A stretch of 63,236 bases of DNA, filler included, from Circinaria calcarea (taxonomy: Eukaryota), in assembly GCA_051942165.1 (NCBI GenBank). It is 4 parts of 4 records of this genome, joined end to end, with 100 filler letters (N's around TTAATTAATTAA, not from the genome) between each part and the next. Parts side by side here need not be neighbours in the genome. Positions count along the whole stretch, not along the records: positions 1 to 15,781 come from JAVECS010000350.1; 3 more parts are not named here. The stretch is one strand, 5' to 3'. The notes beneath the pieces are model-generated. The model made no database searches. It was not told the origin of the DNA and was given only the letters and a program-made list of their open reading frames with translations. The translations under genes and the position numbers were made by a program. Each line of letters opens with the position of its first letter. The first letter of the stretch is position 1. Positions 1 to 11,800 of the stretch are shown one piece after another.

Positions 1-1
1 T

Positions 2-1688
2 TTACTCCACTCGACTCACCACCTTGGCTCTCACACCTTTGCTGTTCCATCTGGGCTGCGGAATGAACCAGTCACGTTCCATGTCAACATCGGTAAGATC
101 TGTTTCGTACAGTGCCATATCAAACCGACGGAAAAGAGCGGCCAGAATGAGATACATCTCTGCGTTGCCCAAGTTGTATCCCACACAGCTGCGTGTGCCT
201 TTGCTGTACGGGTGGAAGTGTTTTCGCAAGAGGCTAATTGTGCCGTTAGCCTTCGCCTTCACCCAGCGCTCTGGCCTAAAGGCACGAGGGTCCGGGAAGA
301 TGTCGGGATGGTAGTGAATGAAAACCACGATTGAGCTGATGGGTGTACCTGCGGGAATAACCCAGTCTTTGTAGTGCGTGTCTACATGTGATATCCGCTG
401 GGAACGCGCGGAAACGCCGTTGTGAAGACGGAGACCTTCTTGGATACAGGCGTTCAGAATTGGCAGCTTTTCTAGCTCGGCCACCGATGGTACCACCTTC
501 GGGTCCGGCATTATCATCTTCAACTCTTCACGTAGTATCTTCCCCAATTGAGGCTGGGCTAGCAGATGGTAATGAATAATGGCCAGTACCTTAGCTGGTG
601 TTTCGGCGGCAGCTACAACCAGAATCGATGCCTCGTCTGTTAACCTCGCTGGTTCCTTTTGTGCAGGCGAAAGTTCTGGACTATCTCGCATCTCCTCAAA
701 GATAGTCCTGCGGTGCTTTCCGACACCCCTACTGCCAAGGACTCGCTGGATCTGACTGGCTATACGCTGTAGCTTCATGTCAGCTTCGAGAGCTTTTGGT
801 AGCCAAGAAAATGGACGACCAGGGCCTGACGCGGGAATCGAACTTACGTTTTTATATGAGAGTAATGTCGAAACATCTGGCGATAAAGCCGCCGCTAACC
901 GCGTTGGTAGTCTCTCTAGAAGTCTCGGTAGCCATGGGAATTGGCTAATAAGAGCTAAACTGCGCATTAAGCAAAGGATCTCGTCTTTCCACTTGACATT
1001 GAAATCTGGCAGGTCCAGTAACCTGTAGTCGTCGTCGAAAGCATAGTCGGTAATGACATCTGTGCCATACGCCAAATACGCACACGTCAAATTGACTGGC
1101 TGGCCATTCTGCCTATGCTCCTCGATTCGCTCGCTCAGGCGCTCGGTTTTCTCTTTCATCAGGCACTCCAGGGCAGTGACGCTGCGTTTACTGAAAAAGG
1201 GATCGACGGACGCCCTCCGCATGCGGTGCAGCTCATGTGGGACCGTGAAGCCGATGGCGGTTGTACAGTCGGCGGCTTTGGTATGCCACAAGTATTTGTC
1301 CTTTGGGGCATTGGCGCCTGTGTAGATTTGGTCGAAGTAGTCAGGGTCGAGGATGTGGAGCTCGTGCGGACTGATCCGAACGATGGGACCTGGGGAAACC
1401 TTTAGAAGAGAGAGCTTGTAAGCGCCAGAGGAAGAGCAAGAAATCTTTCATTTCTAGGGAAAGATACATGCCGTATTTCTTATGCATCTTCTCAATTTCC
1501 CAAATGTACATGCCGCTACGGATAACATCATGGTAGAACTCAACCCACAGGGTGGCTGCCGCAAGTTTCGGACCGGGGAATTTGGCCAGAGGGTGAAAGT
1601 AAAGACGATACACGGCGAGACCAATGCTGTAGAGCAGGAATATCACGGCAGTAAACACTGCAGCATCGGAAGTAGAAAGAGAGAACAT
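2..1688 (-). CDS. Cytochrome P450, trichodiene-oxygenase (CYP58)-like; 3 exons (1688-1472, 1389-848, 766-2)
   Basis: N-terminal TM plus [33 protein letters not shown]-helix VAAAETP; EGLR; PERW; heme motif [11 protein letters not shown]. Intron 1 is GC-AG (1471-1390). Intron 2 (847-767, GTAAGT..GCTGAC..CAG) is in frame. Stop TAA at 4-2. Confidence 0.93.
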
Positions 1689-2677
1689 TATACCTTTCAA
1701 ATGTCGAGAAATCACTGGAGCGGTAAAAGAGCTCTGCAAATTGAAGGCTTCCAAGTTAAACAAAGTTGACACAAGGTAATCCATCACACATCGGTTAGCG
1801 CTTTTGATATTTCTAATATGCCTAGTTATTTTTAAAGCATTTGGTGAGGCAGTAATCTAAAAATTCAATAGGGTGGCATGAGCAAAGGAGCAGGGTACTG
1901 TAAGCAGTCATGACACTGTGCAGGCCATTATGGTAGATTGCAATCACACCTACTCTGTATGCAGTATTTCATGAATCGCAATTGCTTTGTGTTTGGCATA
2001 CGTACACTAACTTAACTGTTGGAGTCATCCTTCGGGCCTATATGCGGCGGGTAAGGCAAGGTAGGCAGCAGGTTAGATCACGGATAGTTTCCGGACGATT
2101 GGTTAGTCTGCACGACTACCACTGCTCCACTACTCATCGGTAGATCAAGATCAGCTGCATGAGCAGGGTGACTCAGAGGGCATGGGGGTGGGCTTGTTTG
2201 CACTGCTGCTCAACTCCGACAGCAGGCAGTGCCTCTTACCAACATTGTTTCATTGGGAGGAGTGGGAGGCCATTGCCTACCACGATAACAATACTGTGCA
2301 TCCCCGGTAGTGGACCCTCCGCAACGTGGCTGCATACGTACAGACTCCGCCGGCTAGAACACACAGGGGCCGTATTCTGAATAATGCTGACCTTGAACTC
2401 TGTTCCGTCGCGAAAAAAGTCCGTGTAATAAAACGCCACCCTGGTATGTTCTTGAAGGCGGAGCCTGCACATTCGGGGCTGACACCACCTTTTCCATCCT
2501 TCGGTATTCAGGTGGACGGGTGGACGGGTGGACGGGCAGCTTATGGAGAACACCAGACTGCTAGTGAGATGCTTACGACCAGAAGAGGGTATGACCTGCA
2601 TGAAATCAGCCCTGAGCTTTTTAGTGGAATGATTCGAAAACTATTGGAGGTATTGAAAATGATCTTGACAGATTTAG

Positions 2678-3747
2678 CTATGCTAGTAACGTTTTGGCGC
2701 CACTCGTTTGCCAGAAACGCATCAAACTACTATGATCTTTGAATAGTGGCAACGCATATAAAACCATGGTCCATAAGCACCATACTTTCCAGGTAACTCG
2801 GTCTGCCTCAATGCTTCGTAGCATTAGCACTCTGACAACCAATAATCCTCCTGCCATTAGACTTGCCGCCCATCCTAGCTTTCCCAGTTCCCAGAACCAT
2901 GGGCAGACTATGGACCAGATTATGACTGGGATCGCAATGCTCCACCGCGCAATACCGTCGCCATGTACGATGGGCAATGTTCTGCGGCCGCGGGCCTTGT
3001 CCCCTTCGACGTCGGCCATGTCTTGCATTTGCAGAGTTGAGAAGATGATGCCACCGACGATGCCAAGCCACTTGTAGGCACGGGAGCTGAGGGTGTATTG
3101 TCCGTATCCAGCAGCTACAGTCGTAGCACCGGAGCTGTAGCACATGAATCCGGCACAGTTGATAAGATTTCGTACGATGTAGTTTTCATCGGCCCCTTCC
3201 AGATCGTTGTACATCCAAGTAAGCACCATCATTAACACCGTCTCTTCCACACCACCTAAATAGAGGGTTATGAAGAAGACCACAGGAATAAAAAAAAGAA
3301 GCAACCGTCGTGCGGACGAAGGGGTGATTCGAGAAGAAGGAAGTGCCCGCCAGGGTTTGTTGACCGAGTCTTCGAGAATGGAATTGGGTAGGCGCTGGTT
3401 GGCCACGTCAAAGATCAACACGTTCAACCAGTTCCAGAGGATGACCTGGGGAGTACGAGCCAGGATCGTGGTCAAGGATGGGTTATTGTTAGTGGTGAGA
3501 AGAGGTCCGGAAAGGGCACTGAAGATCCCAAAAGCAGTTTCTGGACAGACTATTGATTTCAGATCATTCCGAGTGAATAACCAGATGGTGTAAATGTTGG
3601 ACCCGAGAGAGCTGGCCTATTCAACTAGATTAGTGATGCATAGGCTTTTCCCAGGTGTCATTTCTATCAGCACATTGAATCAAGGGATATGGGAAGTACC
3701 TTTGAGCCAGATTCTGTAGCCTCTGATTTCTGCTGAGGGATATCCAT
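2678..3747 (-). CDS. UbiA-superfamily integral-membrane terpene cyclase/prenyltransferase, Fma-TC-like; 2 exons (3747-3700, 3616-2678), 328 aa
   Basis: Spliced N-terminus MDIPQQKSEATESGSK|ASSLGSNIYTIWLFTRNDLKSIVCPETAFG. Motifs ANQRLPNSILEDSVNKPWRALPSSRI, WMYNDLEGADENYIVRN and QMQDMADVEGDKARGRRTLP. Many hydrophobic helices. Confidence 0.88.
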
Positions 3748-4621
3748 GCTTGCCAACGAAATATGATGCCAGAGCGGGATTCAAAAGTGAATGGACATTA
3801 TGTCTTGAGATAAAGAAATAGCTAAATCCTCGTACCCAGCACGGGGCTGAGGCCGTAGTTCTGTATTTAACTGTGCAAGAAACAGAGCGTAATAAAGATA
3901 CCAAGCTGGTGAATCAAAAGTAGTAGTATACCTCGGGTATGTTAGGTTTGGAGTCCCGGTATCTCCGCATGCATCCAGACAAGCATCCTTTATACAGCGT
4001 AGGATTCGAGGCATGGTTCCAGATATCCTGGCAAATGCATTTCAGCTCTTACTCGCTCGAGATTCCTGCGGGGCTTTACCCAGCGGATCGGGCTGAATGA
4101 AACCTTCCAAGACCGAAGGATCCCGTATGTGTCCTCTCACTCGTCGTACGGAAGAAGGGCGGGATTACGCAAGACATCACCAGGAAGGCAATGCCGTGCA
4201 TATCGTCCAGTTGCTTCATCAGGGGCCATTTGGATTCTGGGTGTACACGGTTGCGTGGTATAGGAAGCTATCTGGTGTGAGGAAGAACCGCGTGTATCAA
4301 TTAGAAAACTAGCGTGATAGTTTACCGAGTAGCTGTACTAAAATACCATAAGGATGCGCTAAGAAGCGCGCCGTAGCTGTGCGTCAGCCTCTGGATGCGC
4401 CTCGTCCGTTGTGATGGCGGTGGAGACTCGAAAGGGTGTGGATGCTCGGGGGGCACAAGCCGAGAGGCACACAACTCCCATACGCTGGAGACGACGGCTT
4501 CCGCAAGGTAGCTGCCATCTCTCTTCGGTTGCATAAGGCTGGTCATGGCATCTCATAGAAAAGGCCTTGCTTGCTCATCCACATCTTCCACCATCCTCAC
4601 AATTCAACAACCAAGCTCATC

Positions 4622-5652
4622 ATGGCCCCGCTTGTCTGGCTCGTAACAGGCTGCTCATCCGGCTTTGGAGAGATCTTTGTGCACAGCCTCCTGGCCCGCG
4701 GTGACAAAGTGATAGCCACGGGGCGAAATGCCTCGGAGCGTTTGGCCCACCTCAAGGAAACTGGTGCCAAAATCCTAGACCTAGACGTTTCATCCCCGCA
4801 GGAGGTGCTCAATGCCAAAGTGGAAGAGGCAATCCAGTGTTACGACGGTATTGACGTGCTGGTGAACAATGCCGGTTATGTGGAAGCAGGTTTGGCCGAG
4901 GAAGTGAGGTGGGTCCCCAAAGGTCTACTCCTCTCGTCCACTTGGAAGCCAGCCGTCATTTGATACCCTTATGCAGCAAAGAACGATGGCTCGATCAGAT
5001 CAACACCAATCTCTTCGGGTCTGTTAATATGACTCGCGCCATCCTTCCCCACTTCCGCACGAAGAGGTCCGGAAAGATTGCCGTGATCGGCTCCACTGGT
5101 GGCTGGTCGGGTGAAGTTGGGGCAGCTCCATACAGCACGACCAAGTTTGCTTTAGAAGGTCGGTGTTCCATGCCCGAGATCCTACACTAGTGATTGCACA
5201 CTGAAAATGTCTTCTCAGGCTATGTGGAATGCCTCCAAAAGGAAATCGGGCAGTTCGGTATTCAAGCCATCATTTTCGAACCCGGCTACTACCGTACCAA
5301 GATCTTTTCGGCTCAGAACTGCAAGGTGTCGCCGCCAACGCACGAGGACTACAACGACCTCTTCGCCGCCATGGTCGCGGGTGTAGGAGCCGTGGATGGG
5401 AAGCAACGCGGGGACGCGGTCAAATGCGTGGAACGCATGATTGATGTGGTCAAGTTGGAGGGCATGGCTGCAGGAAGGGCCATGCCGAAAAGGCTGCCGA
5501 TAGGACCGGATTCGATGGAGATTATGAGGGCAAAGTGCCTGGAGACGTTGAAGATCTGCGATGAGTGGAAGGACTTCGTCTGTAGCACTGATCTGGAGCC
5601 AGAGAAAGGGGAGTTGAATAAAGAGCAAGGGCAATACAACGTGGTCGCCTAA
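4622..5652 (+). CDS. Classical short-chain dehydrogenase/reductase; 3 exons (4622-4908, 4977-5158, 5219-5652)
   Basis: VWLVTGCSSGFG (TGxxxGxG), DVLVNNAG, catalytic YSTTK, FEPGYYRT. Two GT-AG introns restore the frame. Confidence 0.93.
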
Positions 5653-6001
5653 AAAGGGGTTAGCCGGGGATTAGTTTGATAAGAACAGCCACCTTCAGCG
5701 TTTTTGCGAGGATATAGAGACATCCTGTGTTGCACCTGACAATCCAAAGTCAGAGGGCTATAGCGAAAACCCTTGGCTCAGAAAACAGACTCATAGTCAA
5801 AAAGTGAAGGCTGCTGCATACACTCTTGTCAACTTTTTCGGCCACGCCACTGTCAGATGCCCCATTACTGCGTACCTGCTATTAGACCACGTGAATGATG
5901 CAGGATACTCAGTTTTTCATGGAGTGAAGCAAGAGAATATAGTACACAACGTCACGAACACCAAAAGCCGTCCAGGGGTTTGGGTTCCAATTCCGAACCC
6001 T

Positions 6002-7777
6002 TCAGCGTTTACCCACCACCTTAATCCTCACCCCTTTGGTATCTTCTTTCACCAGCGGCACAAAGCCATCCGCCGCGATCTTCACATCCGCCAGTTCCGT
6101 CTCGTACAGCTCCAGTACTCCCTCATCACCCTCCAGCCCAACGGCATATTTTCCACCCGACCCGAACCGCCGGAAAATGCCGGAGAGGCAGAGGTACATT
6201 TCCGCGTACGCCAGATTGATCCCCAGGCACTGCCGGCTGCCCTTGGAGAACGAGAGCAGATATTTGTCCAAGCCGGGGTTCTCGATCCAGCGCTCGGGAC
6301 GGTAGGTCCGCGAGTCCGGGAAAATCGACGGGTCGTGGTGGATCAGGACGCTGGTCATGCCGACGGGAGTACCGGGTGGAATGGCCCAAGTCTTGTGGTT
6401 CTGGGTATCCGTAAAGAGCATTACTCGATCCGGCGAAATCCGCTGCAGGCGGGACGAAACGCCGTAGCTGAGTCGGACGGCTTCTTGAATCACGGCGGTC
6501 AAGTATGGGAGCTGTTCTAACACTGAGAGCGGGTACGAGACGTTGGGGTTCGGAATTGCGTCGCACAGCTCCGTTTTGAGCTTCCGGAGCGCTGGCGGGC
6601 AGGTGAGAAGGTGATATGTTGCTACGGAAAGCGCCCAGGCGGTCGTGGCGGTGCCGGCGCCGACGACGATTTGCGCCTCGTCCGTAAGGCGTTCCGTCGA
6701 TTTATCGGCGTCTGGTAGATTACTTTGAAGGATCTCATGGAAGAGGGTTGGATGTGGGAGATCTTGGTAGGTATCTTGGGGTTGGGCTTTGATCTCCGTG
6801 ATCTGTTTTTTCACTCTCTACCAGTGATGGTTGGTGGTTAGTAATTTGCGTTTCTGTACTTGCAGCGGTGATTCGAGGAACTTACTCGTGCAAGCCGGAT
6901 CACTAGATCAAGATCAGGCGACAGGCGTGCCGCCAGCGATTCTGGAAGACTCTGGATGAAATGAAGGATCCATATCCATTGTTTCAGGAGAGAGCCTTGT
7001 TTACCGGCAGCCACTACCGTGTCGTGATAGGAAGGGTCAAAATCTTTTGCCTCGAGACGGTGGTCAGAGCGACCGTAGGAGTACTCCATAACAACGTCTG
7101 GTTAAAGATTAGCATAACTCCCAGTCGAACCGGCTGGCAAAGCGTGGCCTTGATAACCAGCCGAGCTTACCATTCGTAAACGCTGCATATGCCAAGTTTA
7201 GTGGTATAACTTCGCTGCTTGTTCGGAACCTTTTAAGGAGCTGCTGCACTCTCTCTTCCACAACCGGTTGTAGTCTCCGCACGCTCGCCATGGAGAAGTA
7301 TCTGTTCAATGCTGCCCTCCTAGCCTTGTGGTGGTCATGTGGAGCTGTGGAAAACATTGCTCCAGGAGTGCCGAACTGCTTGGTGTACCATGCCCACTTA
7401 TCACGCTTCTCACCGCTGGCGCTGGATGCGTAGAGCTTATCAATATACTCTGGATCGGAAATATGGAGCTCATATGGATTGATACGAACAATAGGGCCGT
7501 ATTTGGCGTGCAAATCGCGGATATGGAATGTGTACTGACCACGCAGCACCACGTCATAGTAGAATTCGTACCTGTGTCATAAGTTGAGGATGCATATTTC
7601 CCAGAAAATGGCTAGAGAGTAGGAGTACCATAAAGTTAGAGCTGCCAGCTTTGGGCCGGGAAACTCGGATATAGGGCTAAAGTACAGGCGGCGGATTGCT
7701 CCGAGGGCAACATAACAAGCTGATATCACAAACACAAGTGGCCAGATAGACGACGCTGGGAAAACCCAGAAAGCCAT
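6002..7777 (-). CDS. Cytochrome P450, trichodiene-oxygenase (CYP58)-like; 4 exons (7777-7629, 7571-7171, 7097-6886, 6817-6002)
   Basis: [42 protein letters not shown]-helix GAGTATT, EAVR, PERW, heme motif FSKGSRQCLG. Three GT-AG introns. Confidence 0.95.
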
Positions 7778-8766
7778 TGTAAAGGTAAAGGGAGTACAAG
7801 TGGAAACACGCACGAGCTGGGTCTTCAAATGTATCGAGAAAGTTACCTTGGACAGGAGTGTTGAGAAGTCGAGGCTACAAATAAGGAACTCTACAACCGG
7901 TATTTAATTGCCGTTAATGTGTAACAGCACCCGATTTCAAACCCGTATTGGTGTGTATTACATTGTTTTATGATGATATGCAATCAGAAAGTTTTTGTGT
8001 ATACAAAGAAGCACAGCTGCGGCAAAGCTAATAGCCTCGGCTATTTCGTTTACAGGACCGTTCGGTTCCCGCCCACTCGGCGCTGATCAGCGCACAAGGG
8101 GGCTATGACAGAGAGGCCCCAGAAGGACCGGTGGAAGGAAAGGGAAGGAGAGAGGGATTCGTGGAAAGGGATCGGGATCGGGATCGTATGTAGTGTGCAG
8201 CCAACAATGACCGTCGGGAGAGCAGTTTGTTATCGGTGGAAAGGGCAAGAGATCGTTTAGGGTGTCAAGGTAGTGAGCACACCCCCGAGACGAAACTGGC
8301 AAGGCCCCAAAGCGAGGTCGAGCAGCAACAAGCACGACGAAACGAAAGCCAAGATCTAGCAGCATACCAAGTATGGAGGTTGAGACTTTAATGGACGAGA
8401 GAAGTAAGAGGTCTCTACACAACTCACAGCGATCAAGTGCTACCTACCTTATCCACCGTTAACTGCACCAGGTCGATCAAGTTGAGAGGAGTTAAAAATA
8501 TGGCAGTTTTGCGAAGCAGAATTGCTTGCATTGGATATATACTGGCTAAGCAACCCGTATCTAACGCGCCACAAAGCTAAAAAGGCCAGTAGGATCGCAC
8601 ATCGCTGTAGAATACCTCCCCGAGCCGTTAAAACATCCATAAGAACCCCATTTTTAAAAGTTGTAGAGCAAATGCTGCAGGATGCAGAGCGTGTACTGAA
8701 TGTCACCTCTTTAGCTTGTCGCCTCAATATACCGAGTGTTCACCTGGTAGCTTCACTTGAGGTACT

Positions 8767-11700
8767 TCAGGTTACCGTCCTCATCGCGGAGATGGGCGTG
8801 GCATCGTCATTTCGTAGCTTTTTGTAGTCGAGGTAGGTTGCTCCATTATCATTATGTCCCATATCCGAGCCTAGTTCGCTAACCTCATCCTCATGCACAA
8901 TCTTGGTCGAGAGACCAGGTTGCGAGAACTGCCCACTTCTCCGGTTGAAAGTTGTGCTTGAGCTGTCAATACTCATGGATGTGCTGGACCTGCCGTGAAC
9001 TAGATCTGGAGTGGATGGAATGCTGGAATGTCTTCCGTCAGGGCTCAAATAACTCGAGTCATCGAAGCCACCCTCGGAGACACCTTCGCCTAAGTCACTG
9101 CCCTCAGTACGAACAGAATGCGAGTGACTATCTTCGAAGGTGGAGATATCACGCCTAGCGCGTTTCGGGCTTGCTTCTTGGTCTTCTTCCTGCTCGGCAC
9201 TATGAGCTAGTTGGAGTCCTTCTACGGCAGCAGCGCATTGATCGGATATATTTCGAATAATATCAGCAATCGCATCTGTCTTGTCACGCAAATGCCTATC
9301 TGCAACGTCTGCCATGCTAAGCTCGCTATATCGTTTACTCCTTTCACCGGCCGGCGGAGTGAAGAAGCGACTTTCCATCTCAGGTGTGACGTGGTCACCG
9401 TCAAAGTTCTTGAACATTCCGTCCAGACTGCCCGTAAGACTGACGGAACGTCGCGAGTGTTTTCGCATGCTTGATGGAATCCTGCCGGATGTGACACTGC
9501 CTGCAGCTTTGGAGTACTCGCTACCGGCAAATGATTGCCCATCATCGGCCTCCTCAGGCGCATCTACGTACTCTGCACCAATATATCCCGTAATCTCTGG
9601 TGCTTGGTTGAGCGAGCGGACGATGTGCTCCATGTGATGAGTTTGACCATCGATAAGGCTACGAAGATGTATGACCACCCTCTGCGCTTCATCACGCTGC
9701 CGATGAATAGTCTTGTTGGTTTGTTGCAGCGAGGAGAGTGCTTTCTTATTCCTCTTTCGCTCTCTTTCGAGTTCTTCTGCGATTTCCTGCTGCAATACTA
9801 ATGCCTCCAATGCATCATCACGCTGTTTCTCGGTTCCTGATAAACGGACGGTAAGGCGAGCAGCATCGTCTTTTTGCTGGTCGATGAGGACAGTAAGGCG
9901 GCGATTTTCGCGCTTGTGAGACTCAATCTTGACCTTGAGATCTTGGGTTTCCTTGGTGAGCTGTTCGGCAAAGGTCTGAAACTTGAGAAACTGCAGATAA
10001 AGGATGTCAGTGTGAATTGGGAGACTGGAAATGTTGGAGTTACCTGTTGCTTCCAGTTTTCAAGCTCCTCCACAAGGAAGTTATTCCTCTTGGATACCTT
10101 GGATATCTCGGTATCCATTCTACCTTTGAGGTTGATGAAATCTTGCCAGGCTTCCACAGCATCTCTGTTGTATTGGTTACGTTCGCGAACAACCTCGTTG
10201 AGGTGTCTCATTGACACCTTGGTCATCAAAGGCTTCTTAACCGCACCACCGAAGATGGCTTTCATGCCAGAGTTTCGTCCCTAATCAGACGTTGGCATAG
10301 TTCACGTACAATAGAAGAGAAGTAACTCACAAGTTTTTCGCAGACATGGTCCATGATACTCATGACGTTATCCTGATTCCACCATTGTGGATCCTGCACA
10401 CTCTCGACCTCTCCGCGCATCACTATGATCTGACCAGCTGGAATCAACTTTCCGCCACCGTACGCTGACCGTAGGTGAGCTGGTACCCCGGACGGCGTGA
10501 CATCACCGCTGAGGGCTTGAGTGAGTCTGTTGATCATCTTAGTTCTCTGTCCTGCAGAGAGAGATGACGGCGGACTCGAAGTAAGGACGAAATTTCGGTC
10601 CAGGTCAATAACGAGGGCATCAGTTGGGGCAGTGAACAAGGTACGGCATTCTGCCGTAACACCCAAAATATATGGGCCAGGCTCCTGAACCATTTCATTA
10701 ACATGACGCGCATGGACTACAGGTTCGTAGAGACCACTCCACTCATACACGCGGACACAGAACCGGACAGTCTCGGCGGCCACAGTAAGCATTGCAGGGT
10801 AGTGGCTGACAAATATAATTCGTCGGGTGGGCGACACAGCGGCTTCAATCACGCCAACAATGTTGGGGATCGACAAACAGGTAAAGAGAGGCCACATGGA
10901 GAAATTCTGGAATCCGGTCGGAGAAGACGGGAATTGGTAGCAGAGCGCGTAGTCCTTCATGTCAATTCGGACGAGATCGTTCAATCTGGGCGCTGGAAAG
11001 CTGAGGATGCGTGAAACTTCCTCAGCGTGGAAAAGGTTGGTCGCTTTATTCCAATGAATCCACATTCCTCGAAGGTAGTCTCCAAGCAGGTCGTACAAAG
11101 GATATCTAGACAGAAAGCTGAGGCAGTATGGGATCCAGTAAGTCTCTTCCGGCGAGTCGTAGAAGTCGGACTCCGACTTCCTACGCAGATCACGTATTGT
11201 TTGTGCGCGTTTCTCATCAGCTCGCGACCACACGCGTAGGGCAATGCCGTACAATGTGTGAGACGAATCTTGCTGGAGGACGAAAGAGTGGTGTACGCAG
11301 TGTGGTTGGCTGCGACCAGTAGATATTTCCACATCATGAGGGAAGCAGGCCTAAGAGTCATTAGCTACCAGCAATTGGATACACCGGCAGTATTGGTTAA
11401 GTGTTTTAGGGTCACTCACCCTCATGGCTGCGTGAAGGGCTCGAGCAATCTCGTTGTCTTGCTCGATTCTCGGGCTGCTCCCCAGTATTTCCGGAAGCCA
11501 AAACTGGGCCACGGCCCCCTTCATGTGGCCTATCTTGCCTTGAGTCGGAACTGGCGCCTTGAGCCACTGTGATGGCTCCCGACCCACACCGCACACCATG
11601 TAGGCATGAGTCAGGGTCTTCGGCGTCCTTTGGGTGGGCTTCGCGTTGAGAGTGGACGGGATGGGTTGGGTGATGCGTGAATGAAGGGAGGAGGTCCGGC

Positions 11701-11800
11701 TAGGAACGACGACAAGATGGTCATTCTGATCATGGGTAGAAGGCCTTTCTCGTATAGCTGGACGGACAAAGGACGAATGGTCCCGCAGTGAGGGACCCAT
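8767..11800 (-). CDS. DENN-domain protein (putative Rab GEF) with coiled-coil C-terminal half; 4 exons (11800-11420, 11350-10331, 10280-10044, 9990-8767)
   Basis: uDENN/DENN-type segments ACFPHDV, HSFVLQQD, YWIPYCLSFLSRYPLY, RRIIFVSHYPAML, PGPYILGV, VIDLD. Heptad-rich region then Ser-rich tail. Canonical introns join four ORF-track pieces in frame. Confidence 0.85.

Noticed and set aside
5804..6520. 238-aa plus-strand ORF and the many similar antisense ORFs across the window
   Set aside because: They are shadows on the opposite strand of well-supported GC-rich genes.
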